From Lama guanicoe (Eukaryota), in contig MU054117.1 of NCBI GenBank assembly GCA_013239625.1, positions 62,001 to 126,000 of the forward strand: a DNA stretch of 64,000 nt. The letters are read 5' to 3'. Below the pieces are notes generated by a model. The model had not been told where the DNA came from and did not search any database. It worked only from the letters and a program-made list of their open reading frames with translations. Numbering within the stretch: position 1 is the stretch's first letter; each line of letters begins with the position of its first letter. Position numbers and translations under genes: made by a program. Below are positions 13,296-25,505 of this stretch, in pieces.

Positions 13296-14375
13296 GTGGA
13301 GAAGCCACTACACCGAGGGCAAACACTTGTGTAGCCAAGAAGTTGCGGCACCAGAGGCGAGCTCCTTGGGCAGAGCTGCTTTGACTGGTCCTACCGTGCT
13401 GCCCCTCTGCACCCTTGACACCCTTCCCAGGCTGCCGGGGCAGGATTTAGCCTGGATACAGGCTTACCCCAGCTCGCAGGTTCCCGTTCTCCTAGTCCGA
13501 CAGCACCCGACAGGTTAATGGCCCCTGAGTAAGAGAACTGCCGGGCACGTAGATTCCCAAGCGACACTGAGATTCGATGTGGGAGGCAGGCAGGTCTGAT
13601 GCCCCAGAGGGTGTTAGTCCACAGGGCTGCACGGCTGGTCCACACCTCCCACCCCGTGGCGGCTGAAGGGAGGGCCTGGCACCAGAAAACACACGATGGG
13701 CATAAAGGGGAAAGCAGTCCCAAGTGCCCTGCCCTGGAAGCAAGGAGCCACTGCTGGGAAAATCATCCCTAATTTCTCATCCAAAGCCAGTGGTGTCTAT
13801 TTATTATTACTATTATTAATACTAGCCGTTGCCTCCATAACTGCTCGAGTCTGGAGAAGGCTCGGCAGCATGCCGGGGGCCAAGGCCCCAGGAAAGGGCG
13901 GGCAGAAGGAGATGGGATCCGAGTTGCCTTTTAGGGAAGCAGCCTTACCAGCAATTCCAGTTTAAAAAACAACTTTGCCAGCACAGACCAAGCCTTGGCT
14001 CCGTCCACATGGAGCAGGAGGACGAACACATCCTTGGGGTTCAGCCACTAGCCCTCTCCAGCCTCTCCTTAGCCTGCTGCGCGTGGGAAGCCGCAGAGTC
14101 TCAGAGGACCCTCCTGCAGGGGAAGGTCTCCAGGGCCTCAGAGGCAGTCTGGCCTTAGAGTTGGAAAAGGCTGGTAATCGCTGATAATGAGACAGACTGT
14201 TCCGTGGTGCAAGGAACAGCAGGAACGAGGCCCCACGGCCAGGGCAAGACGGGCTGCACTTCAGCAGAACGTGACCTCTGGTTATCTTCCTGCCAGAATC
14301 TTTCCCAATGCACTCTTTCCCTGTGCACTTCGAGTGATGATGTTAGAGGAAAGCCAATTCAGATGGAAGGAAACC

Positions 14376-14510
14376 TCTAAGTGAAGTAAACCAGAAAGAG
14401 AAAGAAAAATACTGTATGATATCACTTATACATGGAATCCTAAAAAAAAAATGATAGAAATGAACTTATTTACAAACCAGAAACAGACCCCCACACATAC
14501 AAAACAAACT
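14376..14510 (+). mobile_element. L1 3' UTR fragment (Laurasiatherian/artiodactyl type)
   Basis: 'ctaagtgaagtaaaccagaaagagaaagaaaaatactgtatgatatcacttatacatggaatc...aaatgaacttatttacaaaccagaaacagac'. Confidence 0.8.
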
Positions 14511-17500
14511 GATTTTCAAAGAGCCCCACAGACGAAAGCTAAGAGAAGAAAAACAGAGGACTTAGAACTCCAAGGCAGCAAAGAGCAGCAGATAAAACGC
14601 TGCCCCCGCAGATGCAAATCCAGACGAAGAGAAAGTAAACAAGATAATGCCAGCGAGGCTGTCCAAGGCAACAAGAAAGAGCTCTATAAATACAACCAGA
14701 AAAAGTGTTTGTCTTAGCCGATGAGCTCACCACGCGTGGCTCACGGGGGTCTCTTGTTGCTCCCTAGATTAAAGCTTGGAAGGGAACGAGCTGAGAGCAG
14801 ACGCGGGACTACTGGCACACAAGGTCTGTGCTCCGATGGGCCACTCATTTCAGTTAGGCACCGCTGACGCCATCAGTCTGGACTGTGGCCTGTGTTTTCA
14901 CTGACACACGGGCCCCCTCCCCAGCAAAAACAGGCCAGTGGCTTGTCCACACGCAGCAAGTGGGGTCCAAAACAGGAAAAGGCAGGTGGCCATGGGGTGG
15001 ACACAGGCCTAGGGGAGGGAAAGGCTTCCCGGAGACCTGTTCCTCTCTGGAAGGATCTCAGTGTGGGGTAGGGGCAGGGGGAGCTGGCATCCTCCCAGAA
15101 TGGCCGTCCCTGCTTGGGGCCAAACTGCACTCCAGGTTCAGGGCTGCCGCCATGAGCAGGACAAGTCCTGCCTCAAAGAGCTCCCATTTGGAGCAGGGGT
15201 GGGAGACTCCAGGCAGTGGAGACAGATAGCATGGTCAATAACCAGATACTTCCACAGGCTGACAAGTGCCCTGAGACAGAAGGTGACCAAGGGAGGGCAG
15301 GCCTGTCTGAGCAGGTGTGGCCACCTGTCCGGGGGGAATGTGTCCGTGGAGTGGAGAGTCGCTGCATCGTTGAAAAGCACTTGGCATGTTCGGAGGACAT
15401 GAAGAAGGGCAGGAGGGCAGGGCCACGGGAAAGGGGAGATGCCTGCAGGAGCCTCGCAGGGTAGGGACAGGGGTTTGGAGTCTGGAGAACTCATAAGGGG
15501 AGAGGCACTGTGACGCCCCCACCCCACCCACCACTGCAGCCCACCAGGAGAAAACTCAACGTTTGGAAAGTTTTTCCAACAACGCTCTATAAAGTAGGAT
15601 ACCCCTAGCTACACATGGTGCAGCCCCAGCCCACAGCCCTGACTGGGGTGTCCAGGGTCTCCTGGAAACAAGTCCCAGAAGGCTTAAGCCCAGTCCAGGC
15701 TGCTCAGAACCTGTGCCTTTGCGGTCCGACCTTGTCTCCGGATGTCGCTGGTCTGTCAGGTCTCTTGGGGTCAGATGAGTTTGGTCATCTCCCCTGCATC
15801 CTCCAAGTGGACATGGTCCACTTAGTGAATAGGCTTCGTCACAGACTACAAGGAAGACAGATTCAGGGAGGGTGTGGATCTCATTTGCACTGACTTATGA
15901 GCTAGGAGGAGAGGCCCTGAGCTTCCTGGGGTCTGCACGTGGGATGCAGGACCACACCTTCCTCACCCTAGACACCGCCTCCCTTCCCCTTTCTGCCTAT
16001 GCCCTGGAGGTGACGTGCCAGGATGGGGGTGGGGGTGGCATCGGGAAACAAGAGTGGCTTTAAAAATCCCCCTAAAAATGAGGCAATGAAGCACTTGGAA
16101 CATGAGGGATGGCAAGAAGGGATGCTTTCAAGGCGACATAATAAGGCAGACAAGGGCAGAGGGCTGAAAAAGCAGGAGGAGGGGGCGGCCTGACCTAAGG
16201 GCACATGGTGACTGCCGGGCGTGTACCTGGAGAAGAGTAGAGGGCCTTCTGCGTGCCTCTGGACAGAAGGAGCAGATCCCCTTGGAAAAGGAATGGATTC
16301 CCAGAGGGTCAAGGGCACCGTGCACACTTATTCCAGTTGTGCTTCTGCCCTGCGGGTGGCCCTACACCTGCCGTCTGCTCCCTGGATTCTTGAACGCCCC
16401 AACCTACGCTGGAGATGCGACAGCTGTGCTTATCAGATATGCTCAGATCCCAGAAAGAAGGATCCTTGTTCATTCTTCCTTGTGGGCATATTTCTATTTC
16501 CCAACACCTACACCTTGTCCTTGAAGAAACGCACACGAGACGTGACTCTGGGCAGAGCAGACAGCAAGGATGGGGTTACGATTTCGGAAGAGTTGGAGAC
16601 ATCATATACGTGCTCTCAGTGCCATTTTTAAGTCAGTGTCTTCGTTGGGAAGTATTGCAAGGGTTCGTAAAGGCGTTATCTGGGAGACGGGGATCCTGAC
16701 CATCGCTGTCTGTGAGGGGTCAGCAGGATAACTCACCTTCTGAAGAAAGGGCTCCGTCTTAGCTCCAGCGTTCAGCCCTTCAAAGTGGTGTCTGTAACTT
16801 CTTCCTTCTACAAACGATGATCTGATTTTGACCCACTTGAAGCCCTCCTAAATGCTATCTGATCAACACCTTAATTTCCATTTGTGAAGACAAGTTACCA
16901 TCTTGAAGCACAAGCAGCCAGTAGGGTTTTCAATGGCTCAATTCTGTATTTGTCCTGAGAAAGACTTACCGAATCGGGAGTAGGTAGATTCAGAGACTTG
17001 GAAGCGCCTTGAGTGCCATGGGGCAGGTGTGGAGACCGGTGCTCACCTGGGGCTCATGGCAAGAGGCAGGGCAAGATGGAGAGCTTTGCTTCCACTCAGC
17101 CCCACGGCATCTCAGCTTGGTTTGTGGATCCCATAGTAACATTTAAGAGTTGAGGGACTGTGACCGAATTTGGCACTGCAGAAAAGCACACAAAAATAAT
17201 CTTGTTGTTGGTCCCGCTTGTCATCCAGAAAGAAAATGGCAGCCAAGAAATGGTCAATAAAAGCCTGACATTTTTATTAGGTATCAGTGATTTTTGACAA
17301 GCAGAGAGGCTAGAAAATGGACGTCCTAGAGGAAGACAAGAGCCTATTTTCCATCTTAAAAGTAACCCGTTTAACACTGCCAATATTTTTAATAGTTAGC
17401 AACTGTCCTTTTCACAGCTTCACAGTAGGATGTGTGACATCTGTCCGTTTCTTCATACAGCAATATTTTTATAAGTGCTTTTTTGGGGTATTATTTTCCG

Positions 17501-18627
17501 TTAGTCCCATTTTTAACCCCATTTCATCTTTGAGAGAAAGAGTAGGTGGAAGTGAGTATTTTAAAAAAATCAAGCCCAGGGAAGTAAAAACGTCTGCTTT
17601 AAGATTGTATAGGAAGGGAGTGGAGGGTCTGGTAATGATCTAACCAGAGTATCTAGGGAGGGCCTGCGGTGGAAGACTTCAGAAAGAAGGAAGGAGGGGA
17701 AAGAGAACAGGGGAAGAGATGGCTTCTGCTTTCTCCTGGAGGCCTCCTGGTGGAATCCAAGGACCAGGGGCAGGAGAAGCACTGTACAGAGGATTGGGGG
17801 CACAGCCAGACAAAGCTGGTTCAGGCTTGCATGTCCTGAGTCTGATGTGCTGAGCTGGTCCTGTGTTCGAGTCATCAGCCTGTCTGAACCTCCAGGCTCC
17901 ACTACCCTACCCCCAACCTAGCTCCTGGGAGTCCCATCCCTCAGCCCCTCCAGGGAGAGGAAGGGGAGTATCTTGTTTCCCAGGAATTGGAGGCCAGGAG
18001 GCTGGGAGTGGTGAAGGGGCGTGGGAGGTTCTGTCTGTAGGTCCAGGGCTGGCCTGGAAGTCGCGCGATGCAATGGAGTCTCACGACTGTTTTTCTGTGT
18101 CGCTGTGGGGAGGGGGCTCTTGGCAGCTGGCCTTGGCCTGGGCTGTGGCCTCTACTCCCTGCTCTCTTCTTCTGGCACAGAGGCTGCAGTGTTGTGCTTT
18201 CAGGCTCACGTGGTTCGGTCTTTGCACAGCTGCCAGAGGGAAAAAGAGGGGGAGGGGGAGACCGAGACAGTGAGCTTGCCCTGTTCTGACTGCACGTGAG
18301 GCTGAGCAGTTGTCACTGGCGTGATGAGCCCCGTCCGAGCGCTCCTGCCACGAGCCTTCCCCTGGTTATGTACAGACCTCCTCTCACTTCGCCTGTGGGC
18401 TGCTCACACCCCAGCCACCCCCTGCCCTCCACACACACACTTCCTTCAGCACCCCACCCAGCCCCCCAGCACACACACTCTCACATACACAACACAAAGG
18501 GTATGGGTGTATGATCACACCCCCTGAAAGAAAAAGCAGCGTTTCAAACAACCTAGTAACTTGTGCACCTGATGTTGGGTAATAGTTTAATTTGGTTTTC
18601 AGGAAGTGTCGGTGACTGGCAATTCAC

Positions 18628-18652
18628 ATGCACACACACACACACACACACG
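18628..18652. repeat. (CA)n microsatellite
   Basis: Run of about 11 CA units. Confidence 0.9.
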
Positions 18653-18824
18653 CCTCCGGCCCCTGCACAACCATAAAATTTTATGACCTTGGTGCTCACC
18701 CCTCTGTTCAGTATAAACTCATGAGCCCCATTCTCCTGTATCCACTAAGGCTGCACTTCCCTATTTGAAAAGTTACCTGCTAGGATCACACTTAACACAA
18801 CCATCACTTTTTTTTAAAAACCAA

Positions 18825-20233
18825 GCCTCGTGTCCCACATCCTCGCCAACACTTACTCTCTCTTGACTTTTTGATGACAGGTGTTCTAACAGGTCTGATG
18901 TGGTATCTCATTGTGATTTTGATTTGCATTTTCCTGATGATTAGTTATGTTGGACACCTTTTCATGTACATGTTGGCTGTTTGTCGTTTGTCTTCTTTGG
19001 AAAAATCTCTGTTTAGTTCCTCTGCCCATTTTAAAATCTGATAGCTTTTGTTTGTTGATTTGTTTTGCCATTGAGTTGTGTGAGTTCTTTATACATATTG
19101 TCAGATAAATGATTTGCAAATATTCTCACCCATTTGTTAGGCTGTCTTTTCATTTTCCTGATGGTTTCCTTTGCTGTTTATAAGTTTTATAATTCGATGT
19201 CATCCCACTTGTTTATTTTTGCTTTTGTGGACTTTGCTTTTGTTGTCAAATCCAAAAAATTATTGCCAAGACCAATGTTAAGGATTTACATTCTCTGTTT
19301 TCTTCTAGGAATTTTAAAATTTCAGGTCTTACATTCAAATCGTTAATCCATTTTTACGTGATTCTTGTGTGTGGTGTGAGATAGTGGGTCAGTTTCTCTC
19401 TTCTGCACATGAACACCAGTTTTGCCAGCACCGTTTAGTGACAAGTCTGTGCTTTCTTGGCCACTTTGTCATACATTAATTGGCCACATATGTGTGGGTT
19501 TGTTTCTCCATACTATTTTCCAAAATCGTTGCACCAATTTATGTTCCCACCAACAGTGGGAAAAATGTTCCCTTTTCTCCACATCCTCTCCAGAATATTT
19601 TCTATTTATATCAGTTTATTTTAAGCTGATAACAACTTAACTTCATTTACATACAAAAGCTCTACATTTTTATACCTCCCCCAACATTTTATGTTTCAGA
19701 TATCACAATTTACTTCTTGTTTACGTTGTTTATCCATTAACAAATTGTTGTAGTTCTATTTTTAATACTTTCGTCTTTTAACCTTCATACTACAGTTATA
19801 AGTGATTTCCCTACCACCATTACAACGTTAGAGTATTCTGAATTTAACTATACCTTTACCTTTGCCGGTGAGTTTTACACTTTCATTTACCTTCTCGTTA
19901 CTAATCAGCACCCTTTCCTTGAACAACTAACTACCTTTAGCATTTCTTGTGAGGCCAATCTGGTGATGGACTCCGTCAGCTTTCGCTTGTCTGGAAAACT
20001 CTTTGCCTCTCCTTCAGTTTTGAAGGGCAGCTTTACCAGGCAGAGTACTCTTGGTTGGCAGGTATTTTTTCCACTACTTTGAATGTAACATTGCACTCAC
20101 TTCTGGGCTGCAAAGTTTGTGCTAAAAATTTTGCTGATGGTCTTACGGGTTTCCCTTGTACATAACAAGTTGTCTTTCTCTTGCTGCCTTAAAAATTCTC
20201 TCCTTTTCTTTAACTTTTGACAATTTAATTACA
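18825..20233 (-). mobile_element. Old L1: ORF2 3' region, inter-ORF region and ORF1 C-terminus (decayed)
   Basis: ORF 18886-19119 resembles the L1 ORF2 C-terminus. ORF 19905-20096 (CQPRVLCLVKLPFKTEGEAKSFPDKRKLTESITRLASQEMLKVV) matches the L1 ORF1p C-terminal motif QPRILYPAKLSF..EGEIK.F.DKQKL.EF.T..P.LQEMLK. Confidence 0.9.
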
Positions 20234-21706
20234 TGGGCAGACTGCATTTTATTGTGCTTTACTTTACTGAACTTCATAGATGTTGCGTTTTTTACAAAGT
20301 GAAGTTTGTGGCCACCCTGTGATAAATAAGGCTGTTGGTATTATTTTTCCTATCAGCATTTGCTCCGTTCATGTCTCTGTGTCACACGGTAATTCTCACC
20401 ATATTTCAGACTTTTCCATTATTGTTATATTTGTTGTGGTGACCTGTGATCGGTGACTCTTGATGCTACCACTGTCACTGCCTTGGGGCAGCGCCAATCT
20501 CACCCATGTAAGACTGTGAACTGAATCAGTGAATGTCGTGTGTGTTCTGATGGCTTCCCTGACCAACCTTTCTCCCTCTCCTCAGACCTCCCTTTACCCT
20601 GAGACACAACAGTATTGAAATTAGGCCAGTTAATAATCCTGCAGTGGCCTCTAAGTGTTCAAATGAAAAGAAGGGCCTTGCGTCTCTCACTTCAAATCAA
20701 AAACTAGAAATGATTAAGCTTGGTGAGGAAGGCATGTCAAGTTATGAATGCAAAGAAAAGTTCTTGAAGGAAATTAAAAGAGCTCCTGAAGTGAATATAT
20801 GAACGATAAGAAAGCAAAACAGCCTTGTTGCTGATGTGGAGAAAGTCTGAGTGGTCTGGAAAGAAGGTCAAACCAGCCACAAACTTCCTTGAAGACAAAT
20901 CCAGAGCAAGGCCCCAACTCTCTTCAATTCTGTGAAGGATGAGAGAGGTGAGGAAGCTGCAGAGGGAAAGTGTGAAGCCAACAGAGGTTCGTTCATGAGG
21001 TCGAAGGAGAGAAGCCGTCTCCACGACATCACACTGCAGGTAGAGCAGCAGGTGTTGATGGAGAGGCTGCAGTAGGTTCCCCAGGAGACCCAGCTCAGAT
21101 GGCTCGTGACAGGGGCTGTGCTGAGCAGCAGGTGTTCAGTGTAGACAAAGTAGCCTTCTGTCGTAAGAAGACTCCATCTGGGACCTTCATAGCTAGAGAG
21201 GAGAAGTCAGTGCCTGGCTCCAAAGCTTCAAGCTGACTTGCTTGTTAGGGGCTAATGCAGCTGGTGACTTGAAGTTGAAGCCCCTGCTCATTTGCCATTT
21301 GAAGGACCTCGGGCCCTTAAGAACAGTGCTAAATCTTCTCTGCCTATGCTCTAGGAATGGAACAACAAAGCCTGGATGACAGCACTTCTGTTTACAACAT
21401 GGTTTACTAAATATTTTAAACCCTCTGTTGGGACCTACTGCTCATAAAAAAACGATTCCTTTTAAAATAGGACTGCTTGCTGCTCACTGACAATGTACCT
21501 GGTCCCTCAGGAGCCCTGATGGAGACAGACAACGAGATTAACATCGTTTTCATGTCTATAACACAACATCCATCCTGCAACCCATGGATCAAAGGGTCAT
21601 TTCAACTTTCAGGTCTTATTATTTAAGAAACACACTTCACAAGGCTGCAGCTGCCATGGACAGTGATTCTTCTGGTGGATCTGGGCAAAGTCAACTGAAA
21701 ACCTTT
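20234..21706 (+). mobile_element. Tigger1 (TcMar-Tigger) DNA transposon, 3'-truncated, with a decayed pogo-like transposase
   Basis: 5' end '..ttttattgtgctttactttactgaacttcatagatgttgcgttttttacaaagtgaagtttgtggccaccctg' matches Tigger1. Transposase remnants read ASKCSNEKK..LTSNQKLEMIKLGEEGMS, ..[21 protein letters not shown] and ..[21 protein letters not shown], with stops, frameshifts and an internal deletion. Confidence 0.95.
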
Positions 21707-23270
21707 GAATAAGCTTTTTGCCCCCTTATCTCTCTCTTGTCCTTCTGGAGAGTGTGTATATTGGTCCACTTCATGGTGTCCTGTAAGTTACTTAAGCTGT
21801 CTTCACTGTTTTTCATTCTTTTTTCCTTTTGCTCCTCTGATTGGCTGGATTCCACTGCCTTGTCTTCTAGTTCACTGACCCTTTCTCCTTATTGATCTAG
21901 CCTGTTGTTGTGTGCTCCGGCTCTGTGATTTGATTAGTATTTTAAAAATATGTTCTCTCTATTGAAATTCTCATTTTGTTGGTGCATTGTTCTGGCCCTA
22001 TGAGCATTCTTATGACTGTTATTATGAATTCTCTATCAGGGAAGTCATTTATCTGAGTTTCGTTGAGATCTGTTACTAGAGTTTTATCTTGTTCTTTTGG
22101 TTAGAACATATTCTCCTCTGTTTCTTCTTTTTCCTTGACCCTCTGTGTTGGTTTCTATGCATTAAATGGAACAGCCACTCCTCCCAGTTTTGACAGAGTG
22201 CTTTTGTGTGGGAGGTGGACCTTATCAGTCAGCCTGGCCGGTGCTCCCGCTTGTCTCTCAGACCGTTGTGGTTGTCCAAGCTGCCTTCTTTGTTCTCAGT
22301 GTCCTCCAGGGAAATGTGCCGAGATACATGAGTGTCCCAGAGGGGTGATCTCAGTCAGCGCCTAGATGCAGGTTGGTTGGAAGCCAGGCTGTCGACAGTG
22401 AGTAGTTAGACCAGTGTAGTTTGTCTACACTGAACACCTGCCACTACTCCCAGGGAGGAACTGGGAAGCGGGTGTTTTCTCCTGTTTCCTCTCAGCGGGG
22501 TCCTGGTGTGTAACCATGGGTCAGGTCGGGGTGTGCTCCTGAGCTCATCGAGGACTTCTTTGTTTACGCAGAACCGCGGAACTCCCAAGTGCAAGCCCCA
22601 CTGGCTATCAGAGCCACACTATCTGGGGGCCCACCCCTCAGGCCGCAGTCACAAAAGCTGGGGCACCATAGGTGTGTACAAGCTCCTTCCAAGGGTGTCC
22701 TGGTGATTTGGGCAGGCAGGAGGGAGAGGGTCGGGGAGGTGTCTGCCAGCCTCCCTGTCGCTGGGAAGGATCGCAGTCAACCCCTAGATGCCTGCCAGAC
22801 TAGAAGACCCATCCACAGGTTGCAGTTTTAAAGGATGCAGGGGGCCCTATTCAGGGAAAGACTGGGAGATTGGCAGGGTTAGCCCTGAGGAGCAGCCACA
22901 GAGTGTGCCTGTTGGTAACTAGCTGCTTCTTTGTTTGCATTGTCTTATGGGTCCTATGGACACAAGCCCTGTTGGTTAGCAGAGCTAGATGTTTTGGGGA
23001 CCATCCCTCAGGTGGAAGTCTTAAAACTTGGGGTCCTAGATGTGAGGTCCAAACTCTTTACTCCTCAAGGAGCAGCTGGGAGTTGGGGTTCCCTCCGGAT
23101 TACATGGCACTGCTCTGGGGGTGGGATTTGTGGTGAGATGTATCTCAGCTTTTCCTGCCCATTTCAATGTGGGCATTTTCTTGTTCACCTGAAGTGTAGG
23201 AGTCAATGACTGGTTCTGAATTACTGTCAGAGGGAGTTGCTCTAGCTGTTCATTTTGTGTGTCCATCGGA
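21707..23270 (-). mobile_element. Old L1: ORF1 N-terminal and 5' region, continuing the L1 interrupted by Tigger1
   Basis: 'tgaataagctttttgccccttatctctctcttgtccttctgga..atattggtccacttcatggtgtcc..ttcattcttttttccttttgctcctctgattgg' is antisense L1 ORF1, followed by L1M 5' UTR-like sequence. Confidence 0.75.
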
Positions 23271-23379
23271 GATATGTCTGGATAATGTTTTACTAGCTCA
23301 AGAGGTAGTGTATTGTATACACTGTTCTGCATCTTACTTCTCTCACTTAACAGTATATCGTAAAGTTCATTCCTATAGC

Positions 23380-23890
23380 CAGATCTGTCTAGAACTCAAA
23401 TCTGACCATGTTATGACACTGCTTACAATTCTTTGTTGGCTCCCCATTCTCACACAGAATGAAGTTTTTCTCCTTAGCTTAGCCCCAAGGTCCTCTCCAG
23501 CCTGGCTCCTCCTGGCTCTTTGTACTTCAGTCCCATTACTCTCTGATTCCTTGGGGTCCAGTAACCTCCCAGCTTGCAGCCACGCTCACTGTGCTGTGTC
23601 ACGGCTCGGCCTCTGGAGTGCCCCTCCCAGCTTTCTTCACCTTGATTACAGCTTCTTAGCCTTCAAGACAGTGTAGGTATTTCTCATCCAGGAGGCTCTG
23701 CTTTACTCCCAGCCAGGACACGGAACCTGTAGCACAGTCTTAATCATGTTAGACTGCAAGTATCTCTTTGGTGCATTTCCATCACTCAGCTGCCTCAAAG
23801 CAAAGACTAGTGTCTTTGGCTGATTTTTGTGCCCCCAGAGCCCAGCACCATGTCTAGCATGTAGCAGAAGCTATGTAAATACTTCCTGAC
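23380..23890 (+). mobile_element. L2 3' fragment
   Basis: 'aaatctgaccatgt...ggctccccattc...' through '...cccccagagcccagcaccatgtctagcatgtagcagaagctatgtaaatac', the L2 3' terminus pattern. Confidence 0.65.
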
Positions 23891-24757
23891 AAGGACTGAT
23901 TTGAACCACCGACCTGCCTCTGAGCTAAGGTTACAATCCCTTTGTTAAGGCTGAGAGAGGAATGAAGTTTCTGGAAATAGTGAGCTGTGGCTCTAAAGAC
24001 ACTTTCTTGAAAGGCTGACTTGAACTTGTTGAAGGTGAGACCAAACCCTGCCCCGGAGGAGGCCAGTGGGCAGGGAATAAAGAACCCCAAGAAGCATCGA
24101 TGAAAAGGGAGGGTGGGAGAGGGGCGCAGCAGGAGGAGGTGCTCCGCCCCAAACTGGACCGGCTGTGGATGAGACAGCAGACGTTTCCCGTGGCCGCTTC
24201 TGGTGCAGAGACTTCGTCCCCAGACAGGCAGCCCATGTGCACACTAAAACCACCGTAGTTCCAAACTGCCTTCTTCCTTCCACCCATCACTTGGTGATTA
24301 AGGAGTAATAACTCCCAATGGTCTTGAGGAAAAAAGATGAATTCTCACAATATGCGGAAAGAAGATGGATGCTAAACCAATTAACTACCACTGTGGTCAC
24401 CGCTCCTCCCGCAGGAGCAGGTACACCTGACAACCTTCTCAACAAGGTCAGATTCCCTGGGGAGGGAGGTCTCAGCTAAGATCTGGGGCTGAGAGGCCAA
24501 GGCTGGGGTGAGTGGAGGGGAGGAAGTGGGTTCATGCAGAGGGAACACAATGTGTGTGGAAGTCTGAGCAGAGAGGCGTGAGGCTTATGGGTGAAGTAAA
24601 TGAGAGCTGGTGTGGGGACAGTGGCAGAGACAGGACTGCTCAAGTTGGCGGAGGTCCCAGCAAGCAGGGCCAGAAGGATTTTTACCTCATCCCAAGAGCG
24701 TTAGGAAGCACCTTGAAGTACAGGGGAGCAATGATCTGTGTTTGTAAATTATCACTC

Positions 24758-25150
24758 TTGTCCATCAGTAGATAAATGGATAAACAAAATGTGGTATAGT
24801 CATACAATGGACCGAAATTCAGCCTTAAAAAAGGAAGGACTTCTGACACACTCTGCAATGCGAGTGAGCCCTGAGAGCACAGCACTGAGTAAAACAAGCC
24901 GGCACAGAATGCCTGGTCCCGCTTATGTGAGGTCCCCAGAGCAGGTGACTTCATGGAGACAGAAAGTGGACTAGTGGTTACCAGGGGCTGGGGTGGGGGA
25001 AGGGACAGGGAACTGGGGGTTATTGTTTAAGGGGTATAGTGTTTCAGTTTGAAATGACGAAAAAATTCTAAAAATGAGTAGTGGTGACAGTTGTACAACA
25101 TGGTGAATGTACTTAATGCCACTGAATTGTACACTTAAAAGTAATTTAAA
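24758..25150 (+). mobile_element. L1MB-like 3' end
   Basis: 'tgtccatcagtagataaatggataaacaaaatgtggtata..catacaatgga...gtgaatgtacttaatgccactgaattgtacacttaaaa'. Confidence 0.9.
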
Positions 25151-25154
25151 TGAT

Positions 25155-25505
25155 CTCAAAGGACTTTAAATAGCAAAAACAATCTTGAGAAAGAAAAGCA
25201 AAGCTGGAATCAGGATCCTATGTCCTGATTTCAAACTATATTAGAAAGCTGCAACAATCAAAATAGCGCAGTGCTGGCATAAAGCCAGACCGGACCGACG
25301 GAACAGCAGCATCTGAGACCGCGCCCTTGCTTGTGTGGCCCAGGGATCGCCAGCAGAGATGCCAAGACTACACAGTCGGACCTGGACCTTATACAATGCA
25401 CAAAAATTAACTCACGGTGGATTTAAATACCTAACTGTAGGACCAGAAACTCTAAAACTGTGAGGGGGAACCACTGGGGAAAAGCCCCACAGCACTGGGC
25501 CCAAA
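25155..25505 (+). mobile_element. L1 ORF2 fragment
   Basis: 'aatagcaaaaacaatcttgagaaagaaaagcaaagctgga...cctgatttcaaactatattagaaagctgcaacaatcaaaatagcgcagtgctggcataaa...aaaaattaactca..gtggatt'. Confidence 0.85.

Noticed and set aside
14510..14715. Peptide EAVQGNKKELYKY resembling a CR1/L3 ORF2 motif
   Set aside because: Similarity is too short to call without an HMM search.
16737..16847. 111-nt open minus-strand frame (EGFKWVKIRSSFVEGRSY...) ending at a strong donor
   Set aside because: The acceptor lacks a pyrimidine tract and the peptide is unrecognised. An open frame of 37 codons is common by chance.
20640..21706. Domesticated TIGD1-like transposase gene
   Set aside because: The start codon is lost, and there are multiple stops, frameshifts, an internal deletion and 3' truncation. 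This is an ordinary dead Tigger1.
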